A DNA stretch of 64,000 nt from the NCBI GenBank assembly GCA_028023455.1, contig JAQFVV010000009.1, positions 10,106,001 to 10,170,000 of the forward strand, in the 5' to 3' direction. The notes under the pieces are model-generated. The model had not been told where the DNA came from and made no database searches. It worked only from the letters and a program-made list of their open reading frames with translations. This DNA is from Epiperipatus broadwayi (lineage: Eukaryota > Animalia > Onychophora). A program made the translations under genes and the position numbers. Each line of letters starts with the position of its first letter. Within the stretch, counting starts at the first letter, position 1. Positions 1-13,400 of this stretch are shown in pieces.

Positions 1-316
1 CTTAATTTTTTCTTAGCATATCAATGACTTAAGGTTAATATTTAAATTAGGTAATTGAGAATAAATGGATAAAGAAAACCTCATAGGGTAAGTGCTATTT
101 TGGAAAATTGTTATGTAGAAACATTTGCACCTGAAATGATCTGGTTCCCAAAATATTCAAATAAAATACAACTATGATGCTTCCTTGCAGATGTCATAAC
201 CAAAAGAAGTAATATAATTTTCTACTTCTTCTTTTTCTATGTATTGATTTCTATTATAACATATCATACCATTTACACCTTCTTAGACACTTTATCAATA
301 CTTTTACTTGTATTAC

Positions 317-354
317 ACTAACAGTTTTGACTGTCCTGCAGTCATCATCAGAGC
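317..354 (-). ncRNA. Degenerate minimal hammerhead ribozyme (mirror of 2091-2128)
   Basis: Reverse complement of the 2091-2128 motif, in the left arm. Confidence 0.55.
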
Positions 355-848
355 TACAATATTCAAATATATAATTATACAATTATTACTTATCCACATA
401 GATATACATAATTAATACACAATATAAACAAAAATAATTATACATTTTAATATGATCTTTATAAATAATCATTTCCCATTTTATTACCTTATCTTCTAAA
501 TAATTTTATCTATATTTTATATCACTTTATTTTATTTTTTAAATATTATTTAATATAATAATTATAACTTTAACATTTATTTTACTATTTAATGCATATT
601 ATTATCATTTTTCTTATATTATAAAATCAACTTCTAATCTTGTCTTATTTTTATTACGTATTTCTATCAATTAACTTTACCCACATTACAATTTTTTTTT
701 TTATTACAAAAAATTACTTACCTCTTGTTGATTCTATTACCAAAATTCAACTGACAAAAAAATTCAAAATTTGTATTTGTTTAACCCTCCCTCTATTGTC
801 ATTTTCTTTAACTTTTTTTCTTTTAACCTTTTCAAATTCTAATTATTA

Positions 849-1325
849 TTAAATTATTGTTCTTACCCCGAAATCTCTATTAAGACTTAGTTTTATACTC
901 TTAATTAAGATTTCTTCTTTAATTTTCCTATCCCTACTATTATTTGTGTAATTAATCATTTTTATACCATCTTTTTCAAACATATGACCTGTTTCTAATA
1001 AATGCAAATAAATAGGTGATCTCTTATCATATTTATGTTGAATTAATCTGGTATAAATTGAGTTCTTTGTTTCTCCCACATAATTAGTTTTTATATTTTT
1101 ACTTTTACATGATTTGCATTCAATTTTGTATACGCCATTTATGTTTTTTTCTACTTTTCTTGCATACTTATTATCTAATATATTAAGTATATTCTTCCTT
1201 CTTTTATTCACTATCTTAAATTTTATAACATTATTAAATTTTTTGTTAATTCTAATAATTATTCTATTCATACTTTTTACAATACTGTTATTATAAAATT
1301 GAATGTAAATCATGTAAAAGTACAA
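849..1325 (-). pseudogene. GIY-YIG endonuclease C-terminal fragment of a Penelope-like element
   Basis: Translation GVYKIECKSC...YVGETKNSIYTRLIQH...HLLETGHMF...RKIKEEILI...LNRDFG matches the PLE GIY-YIG motif order. A shorter mirror copy is the + ORF 1341-1574. Confidence 0.85.
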
Positions 1326-2090
1326 ATATAAAAACTAATTGTGGGAGAAACAAAGAACTCAATTTATACCAGATTAATTCAATATAAATATGATAAGAGA
1401 TCACCTATTTATTTGCATTCATTAGAAACAGGTCATATGTTTGAAAAAGATTGTATAAAAATGATTAATTACACAAATAATAGTAGGGATAAAAAAATTA
1501 AAGAAGCAATCTTGATTAAGAGTATAAAACCAAGTCTTAATAGAGATTTTGGGGTAAGAACAATAATTTTATAAACAATTGTTAATAATAATTAGAATTT
1601 GAAAAGGTTAAAAGAAAAAAGTTAAAGAAAATGACAATAGAGGGAGGGTTAAACAAATACAAATTTTGAATTTTTTTGTCAGTTGGGTTTTGGTAATAGA
1701 ATCAACAAGACGTAAATAATTTTTTGTAATAAAAAAAAATTGTAATGTGGGTAAAGTTAATTGATAGAAATATTTAATACAAATAAGACAAGATTAGAAG
1801 TTGATTTTATAATATAAGAAAAATGATAATAATATGCATTAAATAGTAAAATAAATGTTAAAGTTATAATTATTATATTAAATAATATTTAAAAAATAAA
1901 ATAAAGTGATATAAAATAAATTAATATAAAATATTGATAAAATTATTTAGAAGATAAGGTAATAAAATGGGAAATTATTTATAAAGATCATATTAAAATG
2001 TATAATTATTTTTGTTTATATTGTGTATTAATTATGTATATCTATGTGGATAAGTGTAATAATTGTATAATTATATATTTGAATATTGTA

Positions 2091-2128
2091 GCTCTGATGA
2101 TGACTGCAGGACAGTCAAAACTGTTAGT
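2091..2128 (+). ncRNA. Degenerate minimal type I hammerhead ribozyme in the PLE 3' repeat
   Basis: GCT-CTGATGA-T-GACTG-cagga-CAGTC-AAAA-C-TGTT-AGT. The CUGAUGA core and a 5-bp stem II are present, but the conserved GAAA reads AAAA. Confidence 0.55.
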
Positions 2129-3839
2129 GTAATACAAATAAAAGTATTGATAAAGTGTCTAAGAAGGTGTAAATGGTATGATAACCAAAAGAATACTGTG
2201 ATATGACTGCACAAGCAGTCTGCATACTTTTTTTAATGATTACTATATATATATACTCTTCCAAAAGTTAGAAAAATAGTAAATGATTTGTCTTATGACA
2301 TTTCAAACAGCCACTGTTTTATTCATCGTGACATCATCACTTCCACATTACAGCATTCACATCAAAAAATGACAAATGGCAAGTCAATATTTTGTTTATA
2401 AAACTAATAATGGATTATTTTGACACTTGCTGAAGAGTTCAGATATTTGTTATATCTATGTTATTTATTCTTTGTAGCCTTGTGTTTTTTTGGCTATAAA
2501 TCTTCACAATGACTTTTCTGGGTTTCATTCTCACACCTAATGTTGACTTTGATATATTAAACGGTGCAATAATAGGTTTAGACATTTACCTCCAACTAAT
2601 TAAGCATTAACAATTGGATTGCTTTTATACTCAAGACTTTCTTAGGCTTATAAAATTGACATCAACTTTCTGTCAGATATTTCTTTGTTAAGAATTTGAA
2701 ATATATGTAAAAGCAAAGAATGTTACGGTGGTATGCATTTCCAATTCCGCACTAAATTATGTCAAATATAAAGATAACATAACAAATGTTCCTATTATTT
2801 CATAAAAAATTATACACATATGTCCATAAAATTATACAAAAAATATAAAATATATACATTTTTTATTTTTAGTTAATAATTATGTTAACATTCTGACCGA
2901 ACATAAACAGATTATATTGAGAACCAAATACAAAAAAAATTAAAAAAAAAAAGAATGTTATGAAAACTTTTAGTAAATGAATGGGGATTTGGAGCTTATA
3001 TATTGTAACTAGTTGGTCACACAGCTGCATTAAAAATAATTAAATAAGTTGACAGCAAGTTCCTTGAGTTTAGTTTAGAGTTATTTAATTGAGAAAATAC
3101 TATTTCATTTTCCCATACATATTTTTTTATAATAATAAAGAATCTGAAATTAGTTAAATATTTTATGTTCCTTCCCATATGATAGTAGCAACATTCTTGA
3201 CATTTTTTTTAATAATTGTCAAACTTTTATTTTTTAATTATAATATGTATATTTTAATATATATTGGAAATTGTAAAATATAAATAATTTCTTTTGTTTT
3301 CTCTCTTCAATAATTTTATTTAATTACCAGTTGCTTTTACTTTTTTTAAAAAAAAAGAGAAAAAATGTACCAAGAGAAAAAAAAAACTCTTTTTAGTAAA
3401 TTGTTTAATATTTAATTTTAATCCTTTAACAAAGATAAAGTTTTATGTTTAAGAGTACTTTTTAAATGAACAAAATAAGATTTTAATAGTTTTGATAAAT
3501 TTTATTTTAATTAGAATTGCTGTTTTCTTTTTATCTCTCATCATTACAAAAAATCCATGTAAATTAACTGATCTTTTTTTTTTTCGCAAGAAAATTTTTG
3601 TAATTAGAAAATAATGCCAAAAATTTTATGACGTTAAATTTAAGTTCTTGATTTGTTTTTCAATATCTATGATTAAGTAGGAAAATAGCTGAACAATTGT
3701 ATTTATAAAAAATTATCTAATTGGTTATTATAAATACCATGTAAGAGACAAATTGTAATTGGCTTGTAGGTAAGATTGTTGTAAAAAAAAATAATGAGGG
3801 TATGAATAAATCAGAAGAACCAAGTGTCTGGTAAGAATT

Positions 3840-3970
3840 ATTCCTAGCTTAGCTGTTGAAGAGAGCAGTCAAATATTAATCCAGTTGCTGAAAAAGACAG
3901 AAGAACTTATTCCTAATTTGGCTACTGAAGAGAAAGCAGTCAAGTCTTAATCCAGCTGGTAAAGAAGTTT
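3840..3970 (+). repeat. Diverged 69-bp tandem repeat (about 2 units)
   Basis: ATTCCTAGCTTAGCTGTTGAAGAG... at 3840 recurs as ATTCCTAATTTGGCTACTGAAGAG... at 3909. Confidence 0.7.
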
Positions 3971-5269
3971 TCTCCAAGCTACTATATAGAATAGCAGAAA
4001 TTTTAATCAAGCACCTAGCATACTGAGTTTAATCATAAATGGTTTGTACAATGAAAACCATGTGCTAAATTCAACTAAAAGCTAAGCATGATCTTCTTCC
4101 ATGTAATCTGCAACATTATCTTCAACGAAGAGCAGGAGTCTGTCTGTGTTAGTTTTACCTGGGAAATTTGTTTTAAAAAAATAGATAAAATTTTGCTGTT
4201 GTTAACCTGAAAATAAAATACTGCACACCAGAAAAAGGACAAATTAATCATGTTGATGTGTAGAAGCCTTCAGAAAAAACCTCAACTGAAAAAACTGGAA
4301 ATTATAAAGGGAAGAACTCCATAGAAAAAAAATACATAGTTGAAGGTATTTTTTGTGTGCACACTATATTTTTATTAATAGAAAAAATATTTTATTTATA
4401 TAAAAGTAATATTTTTTTTGTAAGAATTTTCATTAAGTTAATGTTTTCAAATTGTGAAACATTTTTCTTAAAATCCAGTCAATTTTCTCTTCAAAATTAT
4501 TAAATAGTTTTTATAAAATTTATTTTTTTTAAGGCATGTTTTTCTCTTTTCTCTCCTAAAAATTTACAAAAGGTTAATTAAGCTAAATCAGATTATCTTT
4601 GATTCTGAAAATGTTTTCTCCAATATTTTAAAAAAAATAACTTAATTGAAAGTTAATTTATGAATAGAAATCAACTGATTGATTACAATTTTTATGAAAA
4701 TATATTTTTTTATGAATGTTTAAAATTTCATGCTATCATGTCATTTTTTTTTTGTTTGTTAGTCAATTAGTTATTAAATAATTGTTTTAAAAAATATAAT
4801 TTGGTTTTAATTTATTCTATCCAATTCCTGTTTCATAAATTGTAGTATATGCAACTTTATTTCATAACAGTTTAATGTTCTAGGATTTTTTTTAAAATGA
4901 TCCCAATAAAACTATTTACTTATATTAGGGTAAACCTAGGAAATAAGTAATTTGTAATAAGCTGCTTTAATTATTTATCTCTTGCTCACAGTAATAGTTT
5001 ATAGTTCTCACTTCCTGAGCTAGATTGTGCATAAGTTATATGAAGTAGGGGTTTATGTTTAGTGTTATGGATATCCATCCAGTGGATGATTTCACAATTC
5101 TCTAATCCTGGATTAGTGCAAAGAGATATCCTTTAGAGTCCATGCATAGCATTTCATTTTATTTATTATTTCTTTAGAAATTTAGTTTATAGTAAGTGGC
5201 CAGGGCATTGATGATTTTTGTATCACAGTATTATTTTCTTATGGATCAACATAGAATTTGTGCATCCAG

Positions 5270-5364
5270 ATAATTATTGTTTGTACTTCTGCCCTACATT
5301 TAGTAATGTCTAAATAATTATTGTTTATATTTCTGCCCTAAGTTTAGTAATGGCTAAATAATTA
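5270..5364. repeat. 44-bp tandem duplication (2.2 units)
   Basis: ATAATTATTGTTTGTACTTCTGCCCTACATTTAGTAATGTCTAA is repeated with few changes at 5270 and 5314. Confidence 0.8.
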
Positions 5365-6885
5365 GCCTGGTCTATACTGGACCACTTTCAAATCCAGTCA
5401 TAGATTGTGTTGATTTATATTTTTATTGTTGATTATTCATGATGAAAAAATATTAATTATGTGGAATGCTAAGTGAACTTATAGTTAGTTCTGTTCTGAT
5501 CTCTCATGCTCATTCTTTTTATATTTAAATTTATATTTCATTTGGGATGATGATGGCTTCCCATCTCATAATTCAGTCCTAATATGGTGTACTGTTACAA
5601 ATGGCTACCTAATTGTGGGACATTGTAACCTCAGATTCTCTCTTATTAACCCCTATTTTCCTTACTGATACAATATACAATCATGAGAACCAAAAATTTT
5701 ATCTGCGCTCATGAGATTTCAACTTACAAATATAAAATATTTTCCATTTGTGTCCTCTACTTTATAAGAATCGTGAATCTGATAAGTGATTTATATCAGA
5801 ATAAACTTCCAACATATTAGCAAAAGGATGGTGAATTGATATGAATAGAATAGAAAAAAATTATAAATTTCCGTAATAACGTTATTGAAAAGTTCATCAT
5901 TCCTAAAAGAAAATCAATAAAAAAGACATTACTTATCAGGCAAATAATAGTTGTCTGCATGTTTCTTAGGTCTTCTGCCATTATCTATAAAAGGAAAGTC
6001 ATCTCACAAAACATGTATAATAATAAAAAATAAATTAACAGCTTTAATCTCATTTACTTTCATCTACTCCTGGAGGGGATTTCTTTGCAATAAGAAATCT
6101 ATCATAGCCCATGTAAATAAGCATTTACCAAAAAAAAAAAAATTGTTATGTGTAGATCAAAATATTATTCCATCATAATATATTAACATAAGATTACATA
6201 AGTTAAATCAGATCACATAAAATCATAAAAATCCTTCACCCATTAGCATTTGCTAGCGATTGAAGAATCTTTCTTCCTTGTGTCTCCTTTAACTAAGAAT
6301 AGCTAACATCTATTTATTGACCAATAAACTTCAGCTTTCTTTACAACTCCTGTTACATTAAAAAATGTATATATAAATTCAAATTCTTGGTTGTGATCAT
6401 GATGGATGGATTAATCACTGTACCATGATCTTTTATATACAGATACACAATGAATCTATTAATGCTAAAAATGTGATTTTTAAAAATTTTTATTTAAATT
6501 TTGATGAATGATAATATTCTTAAAATTATAATTTGCCAATTCATATTACCAGCTATTCAAGGTAAGAGAAATTTGAAGTCACAGTGATAGATCTATTTCA
6601 ACTGGACAAAAGACTTATTCTCTCAGAAATTTTTGTCATAGCAAGTTAAATATTTAAAGTACTTTTTTAAAATCCATATAAAATTTTACTTTAACTGATA
6701 AGTTATTGTCTTAACAGCACAAAAATTGAAATAGCCAAGTTAAAATGCATTTGATTTTTAAAGTGTTATACTACAAAAAAATATGTATACAAAAATGAGT
6801 TAAATATGATTCTATGATTGCTGAGAGTGCAAATAATACTGCTCGGATACCATATCTAGATACATGTTCCTTAATTATGGAAAAG

Positions 6886-7097
6886 TGATGAATGCATATT
6901 AATGATCTGGAGTTAAAATCCATAATGGATCTTGAAGATTTCTTTAAACAGCTAAGGATTCTCCAAGTCTACTCAGATATCTGGCTCACAACTAACCCAG
7001 TTGTCATCTAATATATATCCTTAAAAATATTAGATATTCTTAACAGAAAATTAAGTCCTAGAATAATTTGGGTCTGCCAGATGAACATCTATGCATT
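6886..7097 (+). mobile_element. Possible decayed DIRS/Ngaro-type RNase H fragment
   Basis: Translates as **MHINDLELKSI...YSD and later RIIWVCQMNIYA. This resembles the HINxLEL...SDN...IWxWC motifs of tyrosine-recombinase retrotransposon RNase H. Judged by eye only. Confidence 0.35.
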
Positions 7098-7888
7098 GAT
7101 TATAAATGAAAAACATATATTGCAAAAAAAAAAAAAGCAACTTTCACTATTAATGGAGTGAGAGAAATATCACATATTTATAAGCATTGAGCTCAAACCT
7201 TATCTAATTGAATTAAGCTGTATTTTATTAAGTCAAAAAAAGTCAAATCAATGCATTTAAATATCTTAATTTTGAACTGATTCAAAATACAATTTATCTC
7301 TTATATAGTTTTCTAATAACTTAACTCTAAGTTACATTCATGAAAACCCTATCATTAATTTCATTCAGTTAACAAATCTGCTTTATAGAATATGACTTAA
7401 AAATAGTTTTAGAAAACTTTTTCAAAGCCTGTTTTTAAGATTGGAACATTTGGCACTATATTCTATTGAAATCAATGCATAAATAGTTTTTATCTTTCAG
7501 GTATTAAATGAAGCAAATGGTTTTAGTCACATTCCTAAATATTTGAAGTCAACCAATCAATCAGTCAGTTATATAAAAAACTAAAACTTCAAAATTTTAC
7601 ATACCACAATTTATAAATGATAACTCATCACTAAAATGTAATAAAGTAAAGACAATACTAATATTTAAATTTGGATAAAACATTGAAAATATTAAATATA
7701 ACTTTAATGCATTTTCAATGCTGAACACCCTTATCAAAGACAATTGTTATTCAAAACCTCAAACCGAAATACAAAATTATATATTTAAGTACATGTTTTT
7801 GTTTGTTTTTAATATAAGTTATTTTTAATAAGCGCTTAGCACTGAAAATGCATTTTCAATGTTTTTGTGAAATAAATACATTGTTTTT

Positions 7889-8003
7889 GTCAAGTGTTGT
7901 TAGCCGAGAGGTCATCGAAGCCGCCTTGCAAGCAAGTAGTTAGTTGCAGACGGTTGTGGGTTCGCCTCCCGGCCGAGGCTATGACATATGGAAAAAAACA
8001 AAA
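7889..8003 (+). mobile_element. Short tRNA-derived SINE (or tRNA pseudogene), young insertion
   Basis: A-box-like TAGCCGAGAGGT (7901) and B-box-like GGTTCGCCTCCC (7959). GC/CpG-rich against background, with an A-rich tail and an 11-bp TSD ACATTGTTTTT (7878-7888, 8004-8014). Confidence 0.75.
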
Positions 8004-10150
8004 ACATTGTTTTTAATTTAATACAATGGTTTATTATCTAAATTTGAAGATAAAAAGTGAAGCAAATCTTTGACAAAGAATTGTATATGTATGAAACAAA
8101 CTACAAGATCCATTTTTCAGTCTAATTCTATCTCTGATAACATACTTTGACAGGTGTACTTTTCACAATACTAATAAATGCTATGGAGACTAAATAAAAC
8201 AAAAAATTGAAATGCAGTTTCTTTAAAATAAGCTAAAAAAATGTTTTCTTTTAATAATGTTTGACTTTCCCTTTTCACCATAATTCTGATGATTACTGAA
8301 ATTATAATATATCATTTGATGATTATCCTCATCATTCAACTTCAACATTTTCCAAGCAGGATAACCTTTTATAAAAATCTTGTTTTTTACCTCCATGTAT
8401 ATTTTTAAAAACAATTCATGACAATGTAATAAAACTTGTTTTAACTCCATTCTCACATGAATGCTAATAATTTACTCTTAAAAGTTATACATAATGCTTT
8501 TTAATAACTATCTTTAAATACAAATTTTTATATTTTTTGTATAACAGAATTTTTAATATTCATATTTTGCATAATGAATTAAATATGCAGCCAATGGTAA
8601 AAAACAAACAAACGTACGTACATGTGAGAAGTTCCAAATTTCTTAAGATTATACCAACAGTCTCTTACTTAACCTGCAATGGCTACATGAAATTTTGAAA
8701 AGTAATTATTACATGCAGTAAATGTATACAGCTTATTAGATAAGAATGATTTTATGGTATAATTATGATTCCAAATAGGCATTAAAAAGAAGTAAAACAA
8801 ATAATAATTACTTTGTCATTTGCATTATTATCACTGTCATTATTAGTAGCTTCAGACCTTCCTAATGCTCCTAAATATATCAAGAACCTTTTTTGGATTT
8901 GTAAACAATTTTGCTAATGATTTTAAAAAATCAAAGCATTTAATTTTCTTTGACTATTTAACATTTAACTGCAATGGATCAAGATCTTATTCAAGTTATA
9001 ATCTATTTCAAATTTTCCAGTGCTAAAACATGTGTATGAAAACTTTATGCAGCAATACCACACATAAAAAACAATATCGCACAAAATTTTCATAGAGTTC
9101 AAAATCAACATATATTAACCATGCCCAAATTATGGCTGATACTTATTATGAGTCTGACTTTTAAATTGGCATATTATATATCACAGGAAAAAGAAAGTTT
9201 CTCATTTTTAACTACCTATGATTTTTATTATTCTAAAAGTTATTTACAAAAAAATATTATATTATATAAAAAAAATAACCATAGATTGCAAAAAAAAAAA
9301 AAAAAAAAAGGAGAATCAATATTACCTAAGTGTTGACTATGTGCAGTAAGACATTGGTAAATTCCAAAAAAAGGGGCAAAGAATAGAAGACATATTTAGA
9401 AAGGTAATGAGATGGACACCTGTTCAATTTTAAAAATATGAAATTAGGGCATTAGAAAATTGATAGCAGTAAAATTTACTGCATGTAGCCATTGCAGATT
9501 AAAGATTGTTTTCCTTTTTCTTTTAAAGTTCTTTTTAATAAACCCCATTATTCCACTATTTCTAAAAATATGACAAATCGAATTTTTAAATTATTATTAC
9601 ATTTTTGTCAATCGGTGTAAGCATAAGTAATCAATGATTAATGGTGCCAAATAAACACTCAGCCTAGTTCTAACTACTGATATCCTTAATAAAGACTGTT
9701 GCGGCCTAATCTCCAGCAGAGGATCCTTATTGAAAAAACCCAATACCAAGTTTATTCAAAAGTCTAACACTATATGTGACAAACACTGATCCTCATGCTC
9801 ATATCTCTCTATAGAATGATAGCTACTGTCAAGTAAATATTATACATACATCAAAAGAAATAAAAGAAGGCTGATGAATGGTTGTAGTACAAAAACTGAT
9901 TCTATAGAGAAAGATCATAACTAAAAATTAATCTTGAGACTATTTGGCATTACCATCTGCTGTACATTATGAACTCTACAAATATAGTGATGAGTGTTGG
10001 TTTGCTTCTCCCAAATGTTATTAATTTTGGAAGCCTGTTCTTTTTACAAAACTATATTCCAAAATCTTACAAATAACTTTTTCTCCTCTCTTCGTAATAG
10101 ACTATGTTTCTACTGATACAAACTTAATTACAAAAAAAATATTAGAAAAG

Positions 10151-10257
10151 AAATAAAAATTGAAGTGACAAAATTTCTTTCAATTCCAAATGCAATAATC
10201 CATAAACTAATTTGATACTTTTATTTGTAACAAATTTAGTCACTTCAATTTTTATTT
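10151..10257. repeat. Small inverted repeat (MITE-like)
   Basis: AAATAAAAATTGAAGTGACAAAATTT (10151-10176) versus AAATTTAGTCACTTCAATTTTTATTT (10232-10257). Confidence 0.6.
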
Positions 10258-11739
10258 ATTTTTCCCCTCCACTTAACTTACTTGTCAAATACTTGAAATT
10301 ATTCATCTGGTCTAAAATTCTTAATAAATGACAATTGTGTTATTTTTACCAACTATTTATATAACTTTAGTTTTAATTTCCTTACTTTCATTCTAAACTG
10401 CTATATTTTATTAAAGAATGCATAATATTGCCATATCATCTGAAAATTTAACACTGAACTTTCCTTTCTTCAACATTAATTCTGTTATATTCTATTCAAC
10501 ATTCATTTGATATCACTTCTAAATAAATATTAATATAATGCAGATCTATACAGATACACAGAAATTTTAAGTAAATATAATAATTTTGTGGATGGAGCAA
10601 AAATTTATAAAATATTTTATATTTAAAATCTTAAATTCATTTTTGGTGCAGAGCATCTTTTCAAAAGGCAAATGTTTGACTGTTAAATATATTGCAGAAA
10701 ATAATATCTTAATAATTAATAACCTCTTAACATGAAAAATAAATGCATTATTAAAAAAAAAAAATTAATTAGAGAAAAAATAATGTCTGAAAATTATAAT
10801 ATTGACAAACACCTTTTTTCTTTGCTTAAAAATTAAGATATCAATTCATTAAAAAAAAATCTAATAAACATCCATATTATATTACAATTTCAAAATCTAA
10901 ATATGTTTACATAATTTCAATTGTACACTTCAATAATTTAATTCAGAGATTATACAACTTTGTAATGACAATGATCATTAATATCCATAATATAAGTATT
11001 TGCTTTTATATTTCTTTTAACTTGTTATATTTTCATTTACCATTGTCAAATTCCCTTCACTCACAACTTTGACACCATCCATTTCAGATAAATACACTAA
11101 TGATTATTACTAATCATTTTTGGAACTAGAGATTATCTCTAGCACAGATATAAACTTTAAACCTCAGTTAAAGATTAATATATCTGATTTTTTAATTTTC
11201 CATACACACAGAAATTAATTCACCTTTTTCTATCCCGTATGTAATATCTTTATAGATATAATAAACACCTCCATACTTCCCCATTCTTTTTAAATTCATA
11301 TAAATAAAGATATAATAAAAAACAAATGACCCCCAAGATGCATTTCGTGTTGAACCAGCACTCATCAGTTGGCCCAGGTCACTATGTCTCATATATATCT
11401 CTAATATATGTAAAGTATTTATCTACAGTAAATTGATAATTTTTTATTTGGTTTTTTAGCTGTCATGACTAAATCATGAAGTTTTATAAAGTAACTCATA
11501 CTTTAATAAAGATAGGGTACTAATTCATATGAAATGTTTTCTTAATCTTATAATTTTTTATAATAGTAGAATAATTTCACTAGATTGTGTTTTTGCAATC
11601 ATTTGTTTTAATAAGAATAAATGAAATTTTTGTTATTGAGTGTTTTTCCACAAACATTGAAAGTATTTCAAAATATATGATTTAGTGAATAAAGCATTTA
11701 ATTTAAAAAGTTACAATAATGGTTAAATAATAAACAAAA

Positions 11740-11910
11740 ATGATAATAAATAGTCCACTGTAGGGCAAAAACTTTTCCAACAATTTCTCATAGAGAAATA
11801 GTGAAAAAACAATACCACTAGATATGCCAAATGCTTGATAATGAGTTTTAGTAATTTTCCATCCTTTGGTATTTAGTTAAAAATAGCTAGATATACATTT
11901 AGTGACCAAT
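11740..11910 (-). mobile_element. RTE LINE 3'-end fragment
   Basis: Reverse complement of the ...TCCTRCAGTGGAYT + (GAT/AAT)n 3' terminus seen in the larger RTE copies. Confidence 0.45.
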
Positions 11911-13139
11911 TTTGAGTGGCAATTTGAAAGAAAAATTCTTAGCTTTTAAATCTCCATGATTTACCTGGTCTAGATTTGAATTTTAGATCAAGACTATCCA
12001 TTTTGAAAATGCACTGAAAAGAATAAGAGAATTTATAAAATTAAGAAATTTTTCTTAGATAGCTGTAAATTATAAGTGGATGTGCTGATATACTCTCATA
12101 AGAAAAGTAAATTGTGGAATCATTTCGTAAAGTCTGCATTAAATTTTTTTTTTATATCAGTGCATCAACATTTACACAATCAACTCATATTAATATGAGC
12201 CATTATCATCTAGCTAGGAATAATTAGATACCCTTTATTAACCCAATATTGAATTGTTAATTAGGTTGGCTGTGATCTGTTTATTAGAAATAAAAAAATC
12301 ATGTCTGAAAAACTTGCAAAGTTCTCTTGACCTAGATTCAAAATTTAAGTTGCAAATAAATATATTAAAAGTAATAGATTTTCTATTCATTCATAAATAG
12401 TAGCATAATCCAACATGATCACGATCTAGATAACAGATAAGAATGCACATATTTGGTGGCTTATTTCACTAGTTAAAATGGCTGGTAATTATAATCAAAA
12501 ATGCATTATCAAAAAGTAATGTATATATCACAGTGGAGATTATATAGTAAAAAAAAATATTTTTTTTTAAACATTTACTTTTTTAAAACCATTAGCTTTT
12601 GTAGAATGCAAGTTTGGAATAACTAGGTAATACATTAGTATAATCAAGTGGTGATACTTAATCACCAATAGTAATTTTCATTTGCTTGCCATCATTTTAA
12701 ACATGAAATTCTCCACAAAAAAAAAAAAAAAAGCTTCATATATGTGTTCGTGTTTAATTGAATGATGCTTAAGTATACAATGAATGAAAAGTATTTTTAA
12801 AAAAATTAGTGGAATGTGTAGTATTATTATTTTAAATGTCAAGAGCAAATTAAAATTTATGTAAGACTTGGGGGGAGGGGGTATTACATCTATAATAATA
12901 TATTTAATCATTCTTAGATATCTTTTAATCATGAGAGAAAATAAATTTAAATACGATTAATAATTAAATTGTTGATATTTTTTCTTGCATCAAATTGGAA
13001 AATTCTTTTGCAATGTAAAGTAAGTTGTAAAACTGATAGTTTGATTCAATTGACAGATAATTATCAAAAGAATACAAATTATTGTTCTTTTTAGTTACTT
13101 TAAATATCACACTTGGATCTTTCCATACCTCAATTTTCC

Positions 13140-13400
13140 TTGAACTGGTGACACCTAGTGGTTAGAAATTGCAACTTCGTTCAAAGAATTACAGTTAATA
13201 ACTCAAATTTTATAGGCAACGTCAAGGAGAAAGTAAAAACAAATATGTTTTCTGCAAAACGTCTACTTCATTCACAAGTAGTGCTATTGAATTAAATTCG
13301 ATATTCATTTCATTGGGTTTTAAATTGTTAAATTAGAATCGAAGCTATAATTAAAGTTTTAAATATAGCGATCAATTAAGAAAAAAAATTGTTATGACTA
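13140..13400. promoter_or_regulatory. Orphan CpG-retaining segment with a CTCF-like motif
   Basis: About six CpGs in ~200 bp, in otherwise CpG-poor DNA that shows no TE similarity I can recognise. GACACCTAGTGG at 13150-13161 (reverse complement CCACTAGGTGTC). Confidence 0.3.

Larger units (their letters stand above)
209..2180 (-). mobile_element. 5'-truncated Penelope-like element with an inverted copy of its 3' end
   Basis: Arms 262-1098 and 1324-2183 are near-perfect reverse complements. The spacer continues the minus-strand GIY-YIG ORF. A 13-bp direct repeat ATAACCAAAAGAA at 196-208 and 2181-2193 is the likely TSD. A hammerhead-like motif is present in both arms. Confidence 0.85.

Noticed and set aside
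640-1296. Hydrophobic F/I/L-rich + strand ORFs
   Set aside because: Antisense reading of the A-rich Penelope sequence; typical AT-rich artefacts, as are most ORF-track entries.
11192-11400. 66-aa minus ORF and plus-strand HSSVGPGHYVSY (USP His-box-like)
   Set aside because: Spacing does not fit the USP motif, there is a stop just upstream, and no partner exons were found.
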